Source: Candidatus Hydrogenedentota bacterium
GTDB lineage: Bacteria > Hydrogenedentota > Hydrogenedentia > Hydrogenedentales > SLHB01
Assembly (NCBI GenBank): GCA_963674865.2
Contig: CAXXYE010000011.1
Location: 32,001-96,000, forward strand
DNA: 64,000 nt
Reading direction: 5' to 3'
In this document: positions 35,574 through 45,584 of the stretch, piece after piece
How positions within the stretch are numbered: the first letter of the stretch is position 1
Layout of the letters: each line of letters begins with the position of its first letter
Notes under the pieces: generated by a model
What the model was told of the DNA's origin: nothing
The model's database searches: none
Seen by the model: only the letters and a program-made list of their open reading frames with translations
Made by a program: the position numbers and the translations under genes

Positions 35574-38500
35574 ATGCGATTCCGTGGAAGGCTGATAGCG
35601 CCGAGATGTCGGTGGTTAACCGTTGTGTGTGGTATCACGCTACTGGCACTTGCGACTGCGGCCTGGGCCCAGAGCCCGATCGTGCCGGACAGCGACGTTT
35701 CGCTGAAGGCAATACCTGTCGGCCAGTCTACACGGCAGTTGATCGAGGCGGACTGGATCGATGCCGATCGCCGATACGCCGAGGTGAACGTTCCGGGTGT
35801 TTCTCCGGCGGCCGTCACGTCGGGCAAGATAAACGAGTACGGCGTGACCACCGCCCAGGACGCTGCCGGCGGTTGTGACGGCGTCAAGAATGGCCGCTGG
35901 GGATTCCACACCGCCAGCGGAGAGAGCGAACCGTGGTGGCAGGTCGACCTGGGCGGCGACGTCCGCTTGGATCGGGTGGTGATCTTCAATCGTTGTGACG
36001 GCGGCACCCCAGCGCGAACCAAGGGGATTCGCGTCTTGGTATCGAAGGGAGCCGACTGTGAGAACTTCGAGGTGGCATACGAACACGACGGCACGGTCTT
36101 CCAGGGCGTCAAAGAGAAGAACCCGCTGGTGGTCGGCTTGAAGGATAAGAACGTCACCGCACGAATCGTACGGTTGCACATCCCGGGACGGTGTTCGTTC
36201 GCACTGGACGAGATCGAGGTGTACGCCGCCGACAAACCCGAGTTGAACATCGCCTTGGGAAAGCCGGCCGACCAGAAGAGCGTGAGCAAGTATTCATACC
36301 CGGGCACGCTGCCCGACGGGGTCATGTCCGCCAAGCCGCCGAGTTCGACAACCACGCCGGACGGCGGTTTCCAACTGGCTCACACGCGCGAGGTGCTGGA
36401 TCGCGGCAAGCAACTGGCTGCCCGGCTTGCCCCCAGGACAGCCAAGGCCCGCCTGGCACCATTGAGCGAGGAACTGGCGAAACTCGATGCCCGGCTGGCC
36501 AAACTGGAGGCGGCCGACGAGGTGCCGAAAGACGTTCGCCGGGAGATCTACCTTCAGTCGCGGAGCATCGTTCGTAAGATCGCCCTGGCAAATCCGCTCT
36601 TGAAGATGGACAAGATGTTGTTTGTCAAACGGCACGATCCGGGCGGGATCTTTCACATGTGCGATCAGTACTACGGCTGCAACGGCACGCCGGGTGGAGG
36701 GCTTTACGTGCTCTCGGATCCGTTCGGGCCCGAGCCGAAGGTGACCAACCTGTTGGAGAACTCGGTGGTCGAAAACGGCCGGATGAAGGGCAGAAAACTC
36801 GAAGGCGGGACGTTCCTGTCGCCCGAACTCTCCTACGATGCCAAAACGATTCTCTTCGCTTATAGCGAATGCCAGGGCACGGAACCGTACCAATGGGGAC
36901 CGACCGTCAGCTATCACATCTTCAAGGTCAATGCCGACGGTACCGGCTTGGTTCAACTGACCGACGGCGCCACCGACGATTTCGACCCTTGCTTCCTCCC
37001 CAACGGGCGGATCGTCTTCGTCTCCGAGCGGCGCGGCGGCTATCTCCGTTGCGGGCGGCATTGCCCGGTCTACACGATGTTCACGATGGAACCCGACGGC
37101 AGCGACGTGATCTGTATCAGCTACCACGAAACGCACGAGTGGCACCCCAGCGTAAACAACGACGGGATGATCGTCTACTCGCGTTGGGACTACGTCGATC
37201 GCGACACCAACGTGGCCCATCATATCTGGACCTGTTACCCGGACGGCCGCGACCCGCGCAGCTTCCACGGCAATTACCCGATCAAGCGCGAAAGCCGGCC
37301 GTGGATGGAGATGAGCACCCGGTCGATTCCCAACTCGAACAAGTACGTGTTTTCCACGGGCGCCCATCACGGTCACGCCTTTGGTTCGCTCTTGCTTTTG
37401 AATCCGCGGATCGAGGACGACCGGGCAATGTCTCAGCTTACGCGGCTGACGCCCGAGGTTGTCTTCCCCGAAGCGGAGTCTCCCAAGAGCCAGATCAAAG
37501 ACTACATGATCTACGGTACGCCGTGGCCTTTGGACGAGGACGACCATCTCTGCGTCTACGACCACAAGGTCAGCAACCGGGGGATTTATTGGATCGACCG
37601 TTTCGGCAACAAGGAGTTGATCTATCGCGACCCCGAGATATCCTGCATCAGTCCGATACCGTTTCGTGCACGGCCGATGCCGCCGGTGATTCCCTCGGCC
37701 ACGACCCAGGCGGCCCGCGACCGGAAGAATCCAGAGGACGTCAACCGTCCGGCGACCGTGGCGGTGATGAACGTCTACGACAGCGATTTCGAGTGGCCCC
37801 AGGGGACCCGGATCGAGGCCCTGCGGATCATGCAGGTGTTGGCCAAGGCAACCGCTCCGCCGAACAGTCCGCGGATCGGCATCGCCAACCAGACCAATGC
37901 CCGAGCCGTCTTGGGCACGGTGCCGGTCGAGAAGGACGGCAGCGCGTACTTCGAGGTTCCGCCGGGCAAGGAGATCTACTTTCAGGCCGTCGACGCCAAG
38001 GGGATGGCGGTGCAGTCGATGCGCTCGGGCACCTACTTGCACCCGGGCGAACGGATGCAATGCCAAGGCTGCCACGAGCGAAAGCACCGTCCGCCCAGCC
38101 AACCGGTGCAAACGCCGCTGGCCCTGCGACGGGCGCCGTCGAGGATAGCGCCCGAGGTGAGCGGCTCCAATCCCTTCAACTATGTGCGGTTGGTGCAGCC
38201 GGTGCTGGACCGCAATTGTGTCGAGTGTCACGTGGAAAATAAGGCTCTGGATCTCTCCGGCAAGCTCGACGCCAACTACGGCTGGTCGCGATCGTACGCA
38301 AATCTGGCCGCCGAGTACGGTTTCTACTTCCACGTCACCAACGGCTCGATCAACACGGGCATTCACGGAGGCTCGCGGACTATTCCAGGAGCCTTTGGCG
38401 CCAAGGCTGCCAAGCTGATGGAGTATACCGACTCCCGACATTACGACGTCAAGTTGTCCGACGAGGACCGCCACCGCTTGATCCTCTGGCTCGACAGCAA

Positions 38501-38576
38501 CTCGGAGTTCTACGGCTCGTACGAGAACATCGAAGCCCAAGCCCGGGGCGAGATCGTGCTGCCGTCGCTGGAGTAG
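35574..38576 (+). CDS. Secreted discoidin + beta-propeller/HzsA-like middle domain protein with two CxxCH motifs
   Basis: WWQVDLG (F5/8 type C), DFDPCFLPNGRIVFVSER, YSRWDYVDR, GTVPVEKDGSAYF, CQGCH, CVECH. Confidence 0.82.
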   Translation: MRFRGRLIAPRCRWLTVVCGITLLALATAAWAQSPIVPDSDVSLKAIPVGQSTRQLIEADWIDADRRYAEVNVPGVSPAAVTSGKINEYGVTTAQDAAGGCDGVKNGRWGFHTASGESEPWWQVDLGGDVRLDRVVIFNRCDGGTPARTKGIRVLVSKGADCENFEVAYEHDGTVFQGVKEKNPLVVGLKDKNVTARIVRLHIPGRCSFALDEIEVYAADKPELNIALGKPADQKSVSKYSYPGTLPDGVMSAKPPSSTTTPDGGFQLAHTREVLDRGKQLAARLAPRTAKARLAPLSEELAKLDARLAKLEAADEVPKDVRREIYLQSRSIVRKIALANPLLKMDKMLFVKRHDPGGIFHMCDQYYGCNGTPGGGLYVLSDPFGPEPKVTNLLENSVVENGRMKGRKLEGGTFLSPELSYDAKTILFAYSECQGTEPYQWGPTVSYHIFKVNADGTGLVQLTDGATDDFDPCFLPNGRIVFVSERRGGYLRCGRHCPVYTMFTMEPDGSDVICISYHETHEWHPSVNNDGMIVYSRWDYVDRDTNVAHHIWTCYPDGRDPRSFHGNYPIKRESRPWMEMSTRSIPNSNKYVFSTGAHHGHAFGSLLLLNPRIEDDRAMSQLTRLTPEVVFPEAESPKSQIKDYMIYGTPWPLDEDDHLCVYDHKVSNRGIYWIDRFGNKELIYRDPEISCISPIPFRARPMPPVIPSATTQAARDRKNPEDVNRPATVAVMNVYDSDFEWPQGTRIEALRIMQVLAKATAPPNSPRIGIANQTNARAVLGTVPVEKDGSAYFEVPPGKEIYFQAVDAKGMAVQSMRSGTYLHPGERMQCQGCHERKHRPPSQPVQTPLALRRAPSRIAPEVSGSNPFNYVRLVQPVLDRNCVECHVENKALDLSGKLDANYGWSRSYANLAAEYGFYFHVTNGSINTGIHGGSRTIPGAFGAKAAKLMEYTDSRHYDVKLSDEDRHRLILWLDSNSEFYGSYENIEAQARGEIVLPSLE

Positions 38577-38769
38577 GGTGAACGGTGTCAGACACTCTGG
38601 GGACCGCTCCATGAGAGTGCTTGCCTGCGGTCCGAACGGCGGGAAAGCCCGCCCGCTCACGGGTGTTCCCCCGAGTTTCACCCCGCGACGTGACAATTGA
38701 TGCGTCAGCCTGTATAGTGACACCCTGCCTCATTACGCCTCGTATGTCCCTTCCTCGGAGACCAACACG

Positions 38770-41700
38770 ATGAAGATATGTATCAAACGAATCGTATGTC
38801 GCGCGGCAATCCTGTCGATTTGCCTATCCTGCGTGTCGCTGTCGGTCGCCGAGGACCGGATGGTCAACGAGTCGGCCAGGGAGATTCCGGTTGCCTATGA
38901 AGTCGACGTGGTGGTGGTCGGTGGGAGCACCGGAGCGGTAGCAACCGCCGTAGCGGCCGCCGACGCCGGAGCCAAGGTCTTTCTCGCCGCCGAACGACCC
39001 TACCTGGGCGACGATATGACGGCCACTCTGAGATTGTGGCTGGAAGAGGGTGAAGAGCCCGGCAGCGATCTGGCCAAGCGGATCTTCAGCGACCCGGGGC
39101 AGACGGAGTTCAGCCGCGACCCCAACGCACTCGATTTCACTTACGAGGCCAACCAACCCAGCGCGGCGGCGCATCGCGACTCCGATCCACCCGCCAAACT
39201 CGCCGACGGCCATTGGGGCAGCGCTTCGGCGATGAGCGTGCAGTATGACGGCGATGTCGAGATCGTCTGCGACCTGGGCGAGCCGAAGGCGGTCGAAAAG
39301 GTCCGCCTGATGGTCTATTTCCGGGGAAGTTCCAGCGATCGCAAGTCGAATTTCATCGTCGGGAGCATGGACATATCCACCCGAGTCGGCGACGGGCCCT
39401 GGCAACCGGGTGGCTCGGTCGAGAATAAGTCGACGCAGGATTGCAGCGTTATCACCGCCGGCGTAGAGAAGACGGCCCAATTCGTGAAGCTTTCGGTGAA
39501 GAAATCGGCCGACGTGGATCGGATTCTCTTGGGCGAAATCGAGATCGTCGGTCCGGCACCTGAGGAAGTAGTCCGCAATCCCGACTATCCCACCCCGCGA
39601 CCGATGCACGTCAAGAAGACCCTGGATGAGGCCTTGTTGAAGGCGGGCGTCCAGTTCCTCTACGGTTGTTATCCGACGGACGTATTGCGCGACTCCGAAG
39701 GACAGCCGTGCGGTATCGTGATGGCCAATCGGGCCGGCCGGCAGGCCGTGGTGGCCAAGACAATCATCGACGCAACCGCGCGAGCCACCGTGGCCCAACT
39801 GGCGGGGGCCGAGTCCGAGCCGTTCGCGCCCGGCGTACAGAAGTTCGGCCGTGTTGTGATTGGCGGCGAAGTCAAAGAGGGGCCCGGCATTTCGGCCCGG
39901 GTAATCGAACCGCCGTTTCGCGGCCCGTATCCAAATCCCGCCAAGACGCCCAGCGGCAACTTCGATATCATCGAGTACACGCTTGAAATCCCCATGGACG
40001 ATGCGAGTGCCGCCTCGTGGGCCAAGGCCGATCAATTGGCTCGATCGATGACCTATCATCCCGATCAGCAGTTCACCTCGGACAAGCTCTATCATATCCC
40101 CAACGACTCGATCAAGGGCCGGGCAGACGGCGATGCGGCCTGGCAGGGCGTTGGCCGGCTCCCGCTGGGTGCATTCCAGCCGGCCGGCGTTGCCCGATTG
40201 TACCTGCTCGGTCCGAGGGCCGATCTTTCCGTCCAGGCCAAGGAGGGGCTCTCACGCCCGCTGGCCCTGATCGACCTGGGAACGCGAATCGGAAAATTGG
40301 CCGCCGGTGAAGCCAAGAAACTGAAGACTCTGGCCGGCGTTCACTTGCCCGGTGAGCCGGTGGCCGACCCGGTCGCGAAGGGAGATGTGGGTGAATTTCT
40401 CATCGGCGTACGACCCACGCAAGAGCTGTCGACAATTCAGCAGGCCGCCCGGGCCCTGCCCGTCTTGGGCGAATATGACGTGGTGGTGATCGGCGGTGGA
40501 ACGGCGGGCGCGCCGGCCGGAATCGCGGCCGGTCGGCATGGGGCCAAGACGCTGGTGGTCGACTATTTGCACGCCCTGGGTGGCGTGGGCACGGCGGGAG
40601 CCATTTCGAAGTACTACTGGGGGAACCGGGTCGGTTTCTCGGCCACCGTGGAAGAAGCCAGCGCTTCCTGGGTAATCGAGCAGAGAATCGAGTGGTGGCG
40701 AAACAACCTGCTGGAAGTCGGCACCGATATCTGGTTTGGCACCATCGGCTGCGGTGCCTTTGTCGATCAGGGACAAGTCAAGGGCGCCGTCGTGGCTACT
40801 CCCGAAGGACGCGGCGTCGTGCTGGCCAAGGTGGTGATCGACACCACCGGCAACTCAGACATCGCGGTGGCCGCCGGATCGCAGTCGACCTACACCGATG
40901 AAACCGAACTGGCCATGCAAGGAACCGGGTTGCCCGGGCGCAAACTGGGCTCCACCTATACCAACACCGATTTCACCATCACCGACGAGACCGATATGGT
41001 CGACGTCTGGCACCTCTTCGTGTACGCCAAGAACAAGTACGCCGACGCCTTCGATCAGGGCCAACTGATCGACACCCGGGAACGGCGGCGGATCAAAGGC
41101 GAATTCACGATGTCGCTTCTGGACCAAGTCAACAATCGCACCTATCCGGATACCGTGGTGGTCTCCCTAAGTAACTTTGACTCCCACGGCTACACCGTGG
41201 AGCCCTACTTGGAACTCACGCATCCCGGCAAGTCCGGCTTCCAGATCAACGTGCCCTATCGTTGCCTTCTGCCGGCGGGCTTGAAGGGGATTCTGGTTGG
41301 CGGGCTGGGGATGAGCGTGCATCGCGACGCGGTACCGATGACCCGAATGCAGCCCGACCTGCAGAACCAAGGCTATGCCGAAGGCGCCGCCGCGGCCATG
41401 GCGGTGAAGGACAACGTGCCATTGCGGAAGATCGATATCCGCAAGCTCCAGAAGCACCTGATCGAGATCGGCAACCTGCCCGATCGGGTTCTCACCGACG
41501 AGGATTCGTACCCCATGCCGATCGAGCGGATCCGCGAGGCCGTGGCAAGCGTGAAGGACGAATACAAGGGTGCGGCCGTGATCCTGGCCCAGCCGGCGGA
41601 TGCCCTGCCGCTCCTGCGCCAGGCCTACGACAAGGCGGAAAACGACAAGGCGAGGCTGATCTATGCCCACGTGCTGGCAGTGCTTGGCGACGCGACCGGC

Positions 41701-42237
41701 GTGGAGGTGCTGATGGCCGAAGTAGAGGGCATCGAGGAGTGGGACGAAGGCTGGGACTACCGCGCGATGGGGCAGTTTGGAAGCGCCTTGAGCCGCCTGG
41801 ACCGGCTGATCGTGGCCCTGGGCCGTGCCGGGGAACCGAAGGCGCTGGCCGCGATCCTCCCCAAGATGAAGACTCTGACTGCCCAGAGCGAGTTCTCCCA
41901 CCACCGGGCGGTCGGAATGGCTTGCGAGTTGATCGGCGACGCCGGCGCCGCCAAGCCGCTGGTTGAGTTGTTGACCAAGCCCGAGATGTCCGGATACGTC
42001 CACGACTCGGTCGAGAAAGCCCGACGGTTGGATCAAGCCAGCCCGGGTGGCACGAACGCGGTTCAGACGCGGCGCGACTCGATCCGAGAATTGGCGTTGG
42101 GTCGAGCCTTGCTCCGTTGTGGAGACTATGGAGGTGTGGGCCGGTCGGTTCTGACGGCGTACACCAACGACCTCCGAGGGCACTTCGCCCGGCATGCCAA
42201 GGCCGTTCTGGAGGCCGAGGAAAAGCCACCGCGTTAG
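38770..42237 (+). CDS. Secreted FAD-dependent oxidoreductase with two FAD-type modules
   Basis: DVVVVGGSTG and DVVVIGGGTAG, IDATA/IDTTG, RERRRI, VPYRCLLP; helical C-terminus. Confidence 0.85.
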   Translation: MKICIKRIVCRAAILSICLSCVSLSVAEDRMVNESAREIPVAYEVDVVVVGGSTGAVATAVAAADAGAKVFLAAERPYLGDDMTATLRLWLEEGEEPGSDLAKRIFSDPGQTEFSRDPNALDFTYEANQPSAAAHRDSDPPAKLADGHWGSASAMSVQYDGDVEIVCDLGEPKAVEKVRLMVYFRGSSSDRKSNFIVGSMDISTRVGDGPWQPGGSVENKSTQDCSVITAGVEKTAQFVKLSVKKSADVDRILLGEIEIVGPAPEEVVRNPDYPTPRPMHVKKTLDEALLKAGVQFLYGCYPTDVLRDSEGQPCGIVMANRAGRQAVVAKTIIDATARATVAQLAGAESEPFAPGVQKFGRVVIGGEVKEGPGISARVIEPPFRGPYPNPAKTPSGNFDIIEYTLEIPMDDASAASWAKADQLARSMTYHPDQQFTSDKLYHIPNDSIKGRADGDAAWQGVGRLPLGAFQPAGVARLYLLGPRADLSVQAKEGLSRPLALIDLGTRIGKLAAGEAKKLKTLAGVHLPGEPVADPVAKGDVGEFLIGVRPTQELSTIQQAARALPVLGEYDVVVIGGGTAGAPAGIAAGRHGAKTLVVDYLHALGGVGTAGAISKYYWGNRVGFSATVEEASASWVIEQRIEWWRNNLLEVGTDIWFGTIGCGAFVDQGQVKGAVVATPEGRGVVLAKVVIDTTGNSDIAVAAGSQSTYTDETELAMQGTGLPGRKLGSTYTNTDFTITDETDMVDVWHLFVYAKNKYADAFDQGQLIDTRERRRIKGEFTMSLLDQVNNRTYPDTVVVSLSNFDSHGYTVEPYLELTHPGKSGFQINVPYRCLLPAGLKGILVGGLGMSVHRDAVPMTRMQPDLQNQGYAEGAAAAMAVKDNVPLRKIDIRKLQKHLIEIGNLPDRVLTDEDSYPMPIERIREAVASVKDEYKGAAVILAQPADALPLLRQAYDKAENDKARLIYAHVLAVLGDATGVEVLMAEVEGIEEWDEGWDYRAMGQFGSALSRLDRLIVALGRAGEPKALAAILPKMKTLTAQSEFSHHRAVGMACELIGDAGAAKPLVELLTKPEMSGYVHDSVEKARRLDQASPGGTNAVQTRRDSIRELALGRALLRCGDYGGVGRSVLTAYTNDLRGHFARHAKAVLEAEEKPPR

Positions 42238-42247
42238 GCAAGAAACA

Positions 42248-42285
42248 ACCAAGCGACCCTGGCTCGGTGGCAAGGGTCGCTTGGT
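42248..42285. terminator. 13-bp inverted repeat between convergent genes
   Basis: ACCAAGCGACCCT...AGGGTCGCTTGGT. Confidence 0.6.
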
Positions 42286-42344
42286 GCATTCTGAAGCGAT
42301 ATCAATCGGCCGTATCGTCTGGATGCGGCCGGGCTTCGTTCTAT

Positions 42345-42989
42345 CTAGCCGCCGCAGCCGCATCCGGCCGGTTCACAGGCGGACTCGCAGCAGACGGGCG
42401 CACAGCAGGCGCGGGCAGCCATACGAGCTCGGAGGCGGGCGAAGATGCCACAGCGCGGCGTGCAGCACGGGTCGCAGCACGGGTCGCAGCAGGGCTCGCA
42501 GCAAGCGGGCTCACAGGCGGGCTCACAGGCAGGCTCACAAGCAGGCTCACAAGCCGGTTCGCAACAGGCGGGCTCGCAGCAGACGGGCGCACAGCATCTG
42601 CGAGCAGCGATACGGGCTCGGAGGCGGCTGAGGATGCCACAACGTGGCGTGCAGCAGGGGTCGCAGCAAGGCTCGCAGCAGGCGGGCTCACAGGCGGGCT
42701 CACAGGCGGGCTCACAGGCGGGTTCACAAGCCGGTTCGCAGCAGGCGGGCTCGCAGCAGACGGGCGCACAGCACATGCGAGCGGCACAACGGGCCTTCAG
42801 TCGGGCCAGAAGACCACAACGCGGCGGGCAACAGGGATCGCAGCAGGGCTCGCAACAGGCGGGCTCGCAGCAAGCGGGCTCACAACAGCCACCAAGTTTG
42901 CTGAACAGCCCGGCCTGGGCGTTTGTGGCGCTTACGGCAAACACCACAGCACTCGCGGCCATCACCGAGAGGAGGACACGACGCTTCAT
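42345..42989 (-). CDS. Secreted cysteine-rich repeat protein (CCEPA/CEPA repeats)
   Basis: AAGGAG RBS; signal peptide ending AQA; about 55 Cys in 214 aa; repeats vary at synonymous positions. Confidence 0.85.
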   Translation of the reverse strand: MKRRVLLSVMAASAVVFAVSATNAQAGLFSKLGGCCEPACCEPACCEPCCDPCCPPRCGLLARLKARCAARMCCAPVCCEPACCEPACEPACEPACEPACEPACCEPCCDPCCTPRCGILSRLRARIAARRCCAPVCCEPACCEPACEPACEPACEPACEPACCEPCCDPCCDPCCTPRCGIFARLRARMAARACCAPVCCESACEPAGCGCGG

Positions 42990-43519
42990 GGGAGACACTC
43001 CTTGTTAGGAAGAACCAAGTGGAAGACTTACATAGTCTAAGGCAGCTACGTACTCTACTGCCAATCTAGCGAATGCTATCGACTCAGCGGGAAGCGTTTC
43101 TTTACCAGACGGCCTAGTTTCGCCATAGCTCTCAGATTATTCCGCCTGTTATGAGGGCAGTCACGATCACAATGACTATGTCGATGTTGACGATTCACGA
43201 CGCATCGGTGACTGATCGCCCTAGATAAGGCGGGAAACGGTGTTGGATTCGAGCGATCGCGATGCGGCGATCGTCGAGGAAGACTGGGCCGGCCGCGGAA
43301 ATGGTGCAGAATGCCTCGGCAATCGTGGTGCCGGGGAGGTATCCATGGACATCCGCTGGATGTATGAGCATGTTGCGTCCATCCTCCCAAAGGGCGATCC
43401 GGCAATCGCTATTGACCCCGGCGCGAGGTGATTCCTATACTTCCGATCCCGCGACAGTGCGTATGTAGGGAGACATGCGCCCAACAGTTCATTGCACAAC
43501 GGTTTACGGAGGAACCGAA

Positions 43520-45430
43520 ATGGCCCAACCCAATCCCACGACAACGCCCCCGCGTCCATCCCGTCGCCGACTGCCGGCAAGAGCCCTGCTGGTTGGCTTT
43601 CTTCTGATCGGTGGCTGTTTGGCCATCCGCTATTTCTGGCCCAGCGAGACGGCCAGCGCCGACTCGGCCAGGGCTTCGAGACCACCACGGACCACGGTCC
43701 AAGGCAGTCCCGCCGCCCAGCAGCCTTCAGGAGGAGTGCCCCAGATCGTAGCCAAGGTCAACGGGGAACCGATCCGGAGGAACGAGTTGGGCAACGAGTG
43801 CCTCAGGCACTATGGCAAAGACGTGCTGGAGCGAGTGGTCAACAAATTTCTCATCATGCAGGAGTGCCAGGCCCGGGGGATCACCGTCAGCAGGGCGGAA
43901 GTCAGCGCGGAAATTGAGCGGATGGCGACCAGTCTGGGTTCTTCGGTGGATCGCTTTCTGAAGATGATCGAGGAAAGGCGAGGCGTGGATCTCGATCAGT
44001 ACTCGGGGGACATAGTCTGGCCGTCGCTGGCGCTAAAGAAGTTGGCGGGCGACCGTTTGACGGTCAGCGCGGAAGAACTGCGAACGGAGCACGAGAAGCA
44101 GTTTGGCGCCGCGGTGCGGGCCAGAATGATCGTTTGCGAGACTCCCCAGACGGCCCAGTCGATTCATGCCCGGGCCCTCGCCAATCCGGACGATTTCGGA
44201 AATCTGGCCAAAAACGAATCGGTGGATTCTATCAGTGCTAGCGTAAAAGGTCTAATCAATCCGATTCGCAAGCACATGGGTTACGAAGAACTCGAGAAGG
44301 CGGCCTTCAGCCTCGAGGAGGGTCAGATCTCGCCCGTCGTCCAGGTGGCGGGACAATACGTGATTCTGAAGTGCGAGGGCCTGGTGCCGGCCCAATCGGT
44401 ATCGCTGGAACAGGCCAAGCCGATGTTGGAAGAGACGGTCAAGAGCCGGAAACTGGAAGCGGTCGCCAACGATGTGTTCGGCGAACTGCAGGCCCGCTCC
44501 AAGATTCTCAACGTTCTCAACGATCCGGTGGAGAGCGCCAAGAGACCGGGCGTCGCGGCCGTGATTAACGGCCATGAGATAACCCTGGGGGAACTGGCCG
44601 AGGTATGCATCGAGCGTCACGGTAACGTGGTCCTGGAAGGAATGATCAATCGTCGCTTGTTGGAACAGGCATGCCGCAAGGCGGAGATCTCGGTATCCGC
44701 GGCCGACGTCGACCGGGAGATAGCCAGGGTGGCGGCGGAGAACCTGCCCTTGACCGCCGCCGGAACACCCGACGTCGCCAAGTGGGTAAAACTGGTAACC
44801 GAGGAGCAGGGCGTATCGGAAGAGGTATACCGTCACGATTCGGTTTGGCCCTCGGTGGCGCTTCGCAAGCTGGTGGGCGACAAGGTGACGGTGACCGAGG
44901 ACGACCTCAAGCGAGGCTTCGAGGCCAACTACGGGCCGCGAGTCACCTGCCTGGCCATCGTCTTGAGCGACATGCGGCGGGCACAGGAGGTCTGGAAGAA
45001 AGCCAAGGATAACCCCAGTCGGGACTACTTCGGCGACTTGGCGGAAGAATATTCGGAAGAAACGGGCAGCCGGGCGCTGCGCGGCGAAGTCCCGCCGATC
45101 CAGAAGCATGGCGGGCAACCCGTTCTGGAGAAAGAGGCGTTCCAGTTGGCCGAGGGCGAGCTGTCGGGCGTGATCCAGGTCGGGACGGGCCAGTTCGTGA
45201 TTTTGCGGTGCGAGGGCCGGACCAACCCGGTGCCCGTGGAATTCGCCAAGGTCCGGGAAGCGATCCATGCCGACATTCATCAGAAGAAGCTCTGGTTGGC
45301 GATGGCCGACCGTTTCGAGCAGTTGCAGCGCGACGCGGCCGTAGACAACGTTCTGGCGGGCACGACGCGATCTCCGAAGCGATCGCCGGCGGTCCAACAG
45401 GCCAGTAGACCGGCGGCGAAGATTCGTTGA
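43520..45430 (+). CDS. PrsA/SurA-like parvulin peptidyl-prolyl isomerase (duplicated)
   Basis: GGAGG RBS; N-terminal TM segment; VAKVNGEPI, FGNLAKNESVD, AFSLEEGQISPVV and a second copy of these. Confidence 0.85.
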   Translation: MAQPNPTTTPPRPSRRRLPARALLVGFLLIGGCLAIRYFWPSETASADSARASRPPRTTVQGSPAAQQPSGGVPQIVAKVNGEPIRRNELGNECLRHYGKDVLERVVNKFLIMQECQARGITVSRAEVSAEIERMATSLGSSVDRFLKMIEERRGVDLDQYSGDIVWPSLALKKLAGDRLTVSAEELRTEHEKQFGAAVRARMIVCETPQTAQSIHARALANPDDFGNLAKNESVDSISASVKGLINPIRKHMGYEELEKAAFSLEEGQISPVVQVAGQYVILKCEGLVPAQSVSLEQAKPMLEETVKSRKLEAVANDVFGELQARSKILNVLNDPVESAKRPGVAAVINGHEITLGELAEVCIERHGNVVLEGMINRRLLEQACRKAEISVSAADVDREIARVAAENLPLTAAGTPDVAKWVKLVTEEQGVSEEVYRHDSVWPSVALRKLVGDKVTVTEDDLKRGFEANYGPRVTCLAIVLSDMRRAQEVWKKAKDNPSRDYFGDLAEEYSEETGSRALRGEVPPIQKHGGQPVLEKEAFQLAEGELSGVIQVGTGQFVILRCEGRTNPVPVEFAKVREAIHADIHQKKLWLAMADRFEQLQRDAAVDNVLAGTTRSPKRSPAVQQASRPAAKIR

Positions 45431-45478
45431 GGCAGTCGGGAAGCCGGTTGCTGTCTGCGGCAACACTTTGGCCGCCTG

Positions 45479-45550
45479 CCGTACGATGGGCCTTCGAGCC
45501 CGTCGAGGACCGCTATCCAAGATCGACGGGCTCGGAGGCCCATCGTACGG
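45479..45550. repeat. REP-like inverted repeat, family B
   Basis: CCGTACGATGGGCCTTCGAGCCCGTCGA ... TCGACGGGCTCGGAGGCCCATCGTACGG between convergent genes. Confidence 0.8.
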
Positions 45551-45584
45551 GCAGGTTCACCACTTGGCTGAAGTGTTACCCCGA

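Noticed and set aside
35574..38576. Anammox hydrazine synthase
   Set aside because: No hzsB/hzsC or multiheme hao genes; the discoidin fusion and heterotrophic context indicate a non-anammox homologue.
36294..38723. 809-aa antisense ORF and similar long antisense ORFs elsewhere
   Set aside because: Expected in high-GC DNA opposite real genes; no motifs.
42445..43008. Gln/Gly/Ser-rich + strand ORF, or a CRISPR-like repeat
   Set aside because: Antisense of the Cys-rich gene, which has the RBS and signal peptide; repeats are codon-periodic without unique spacers. No CRISPR array seen in the window.
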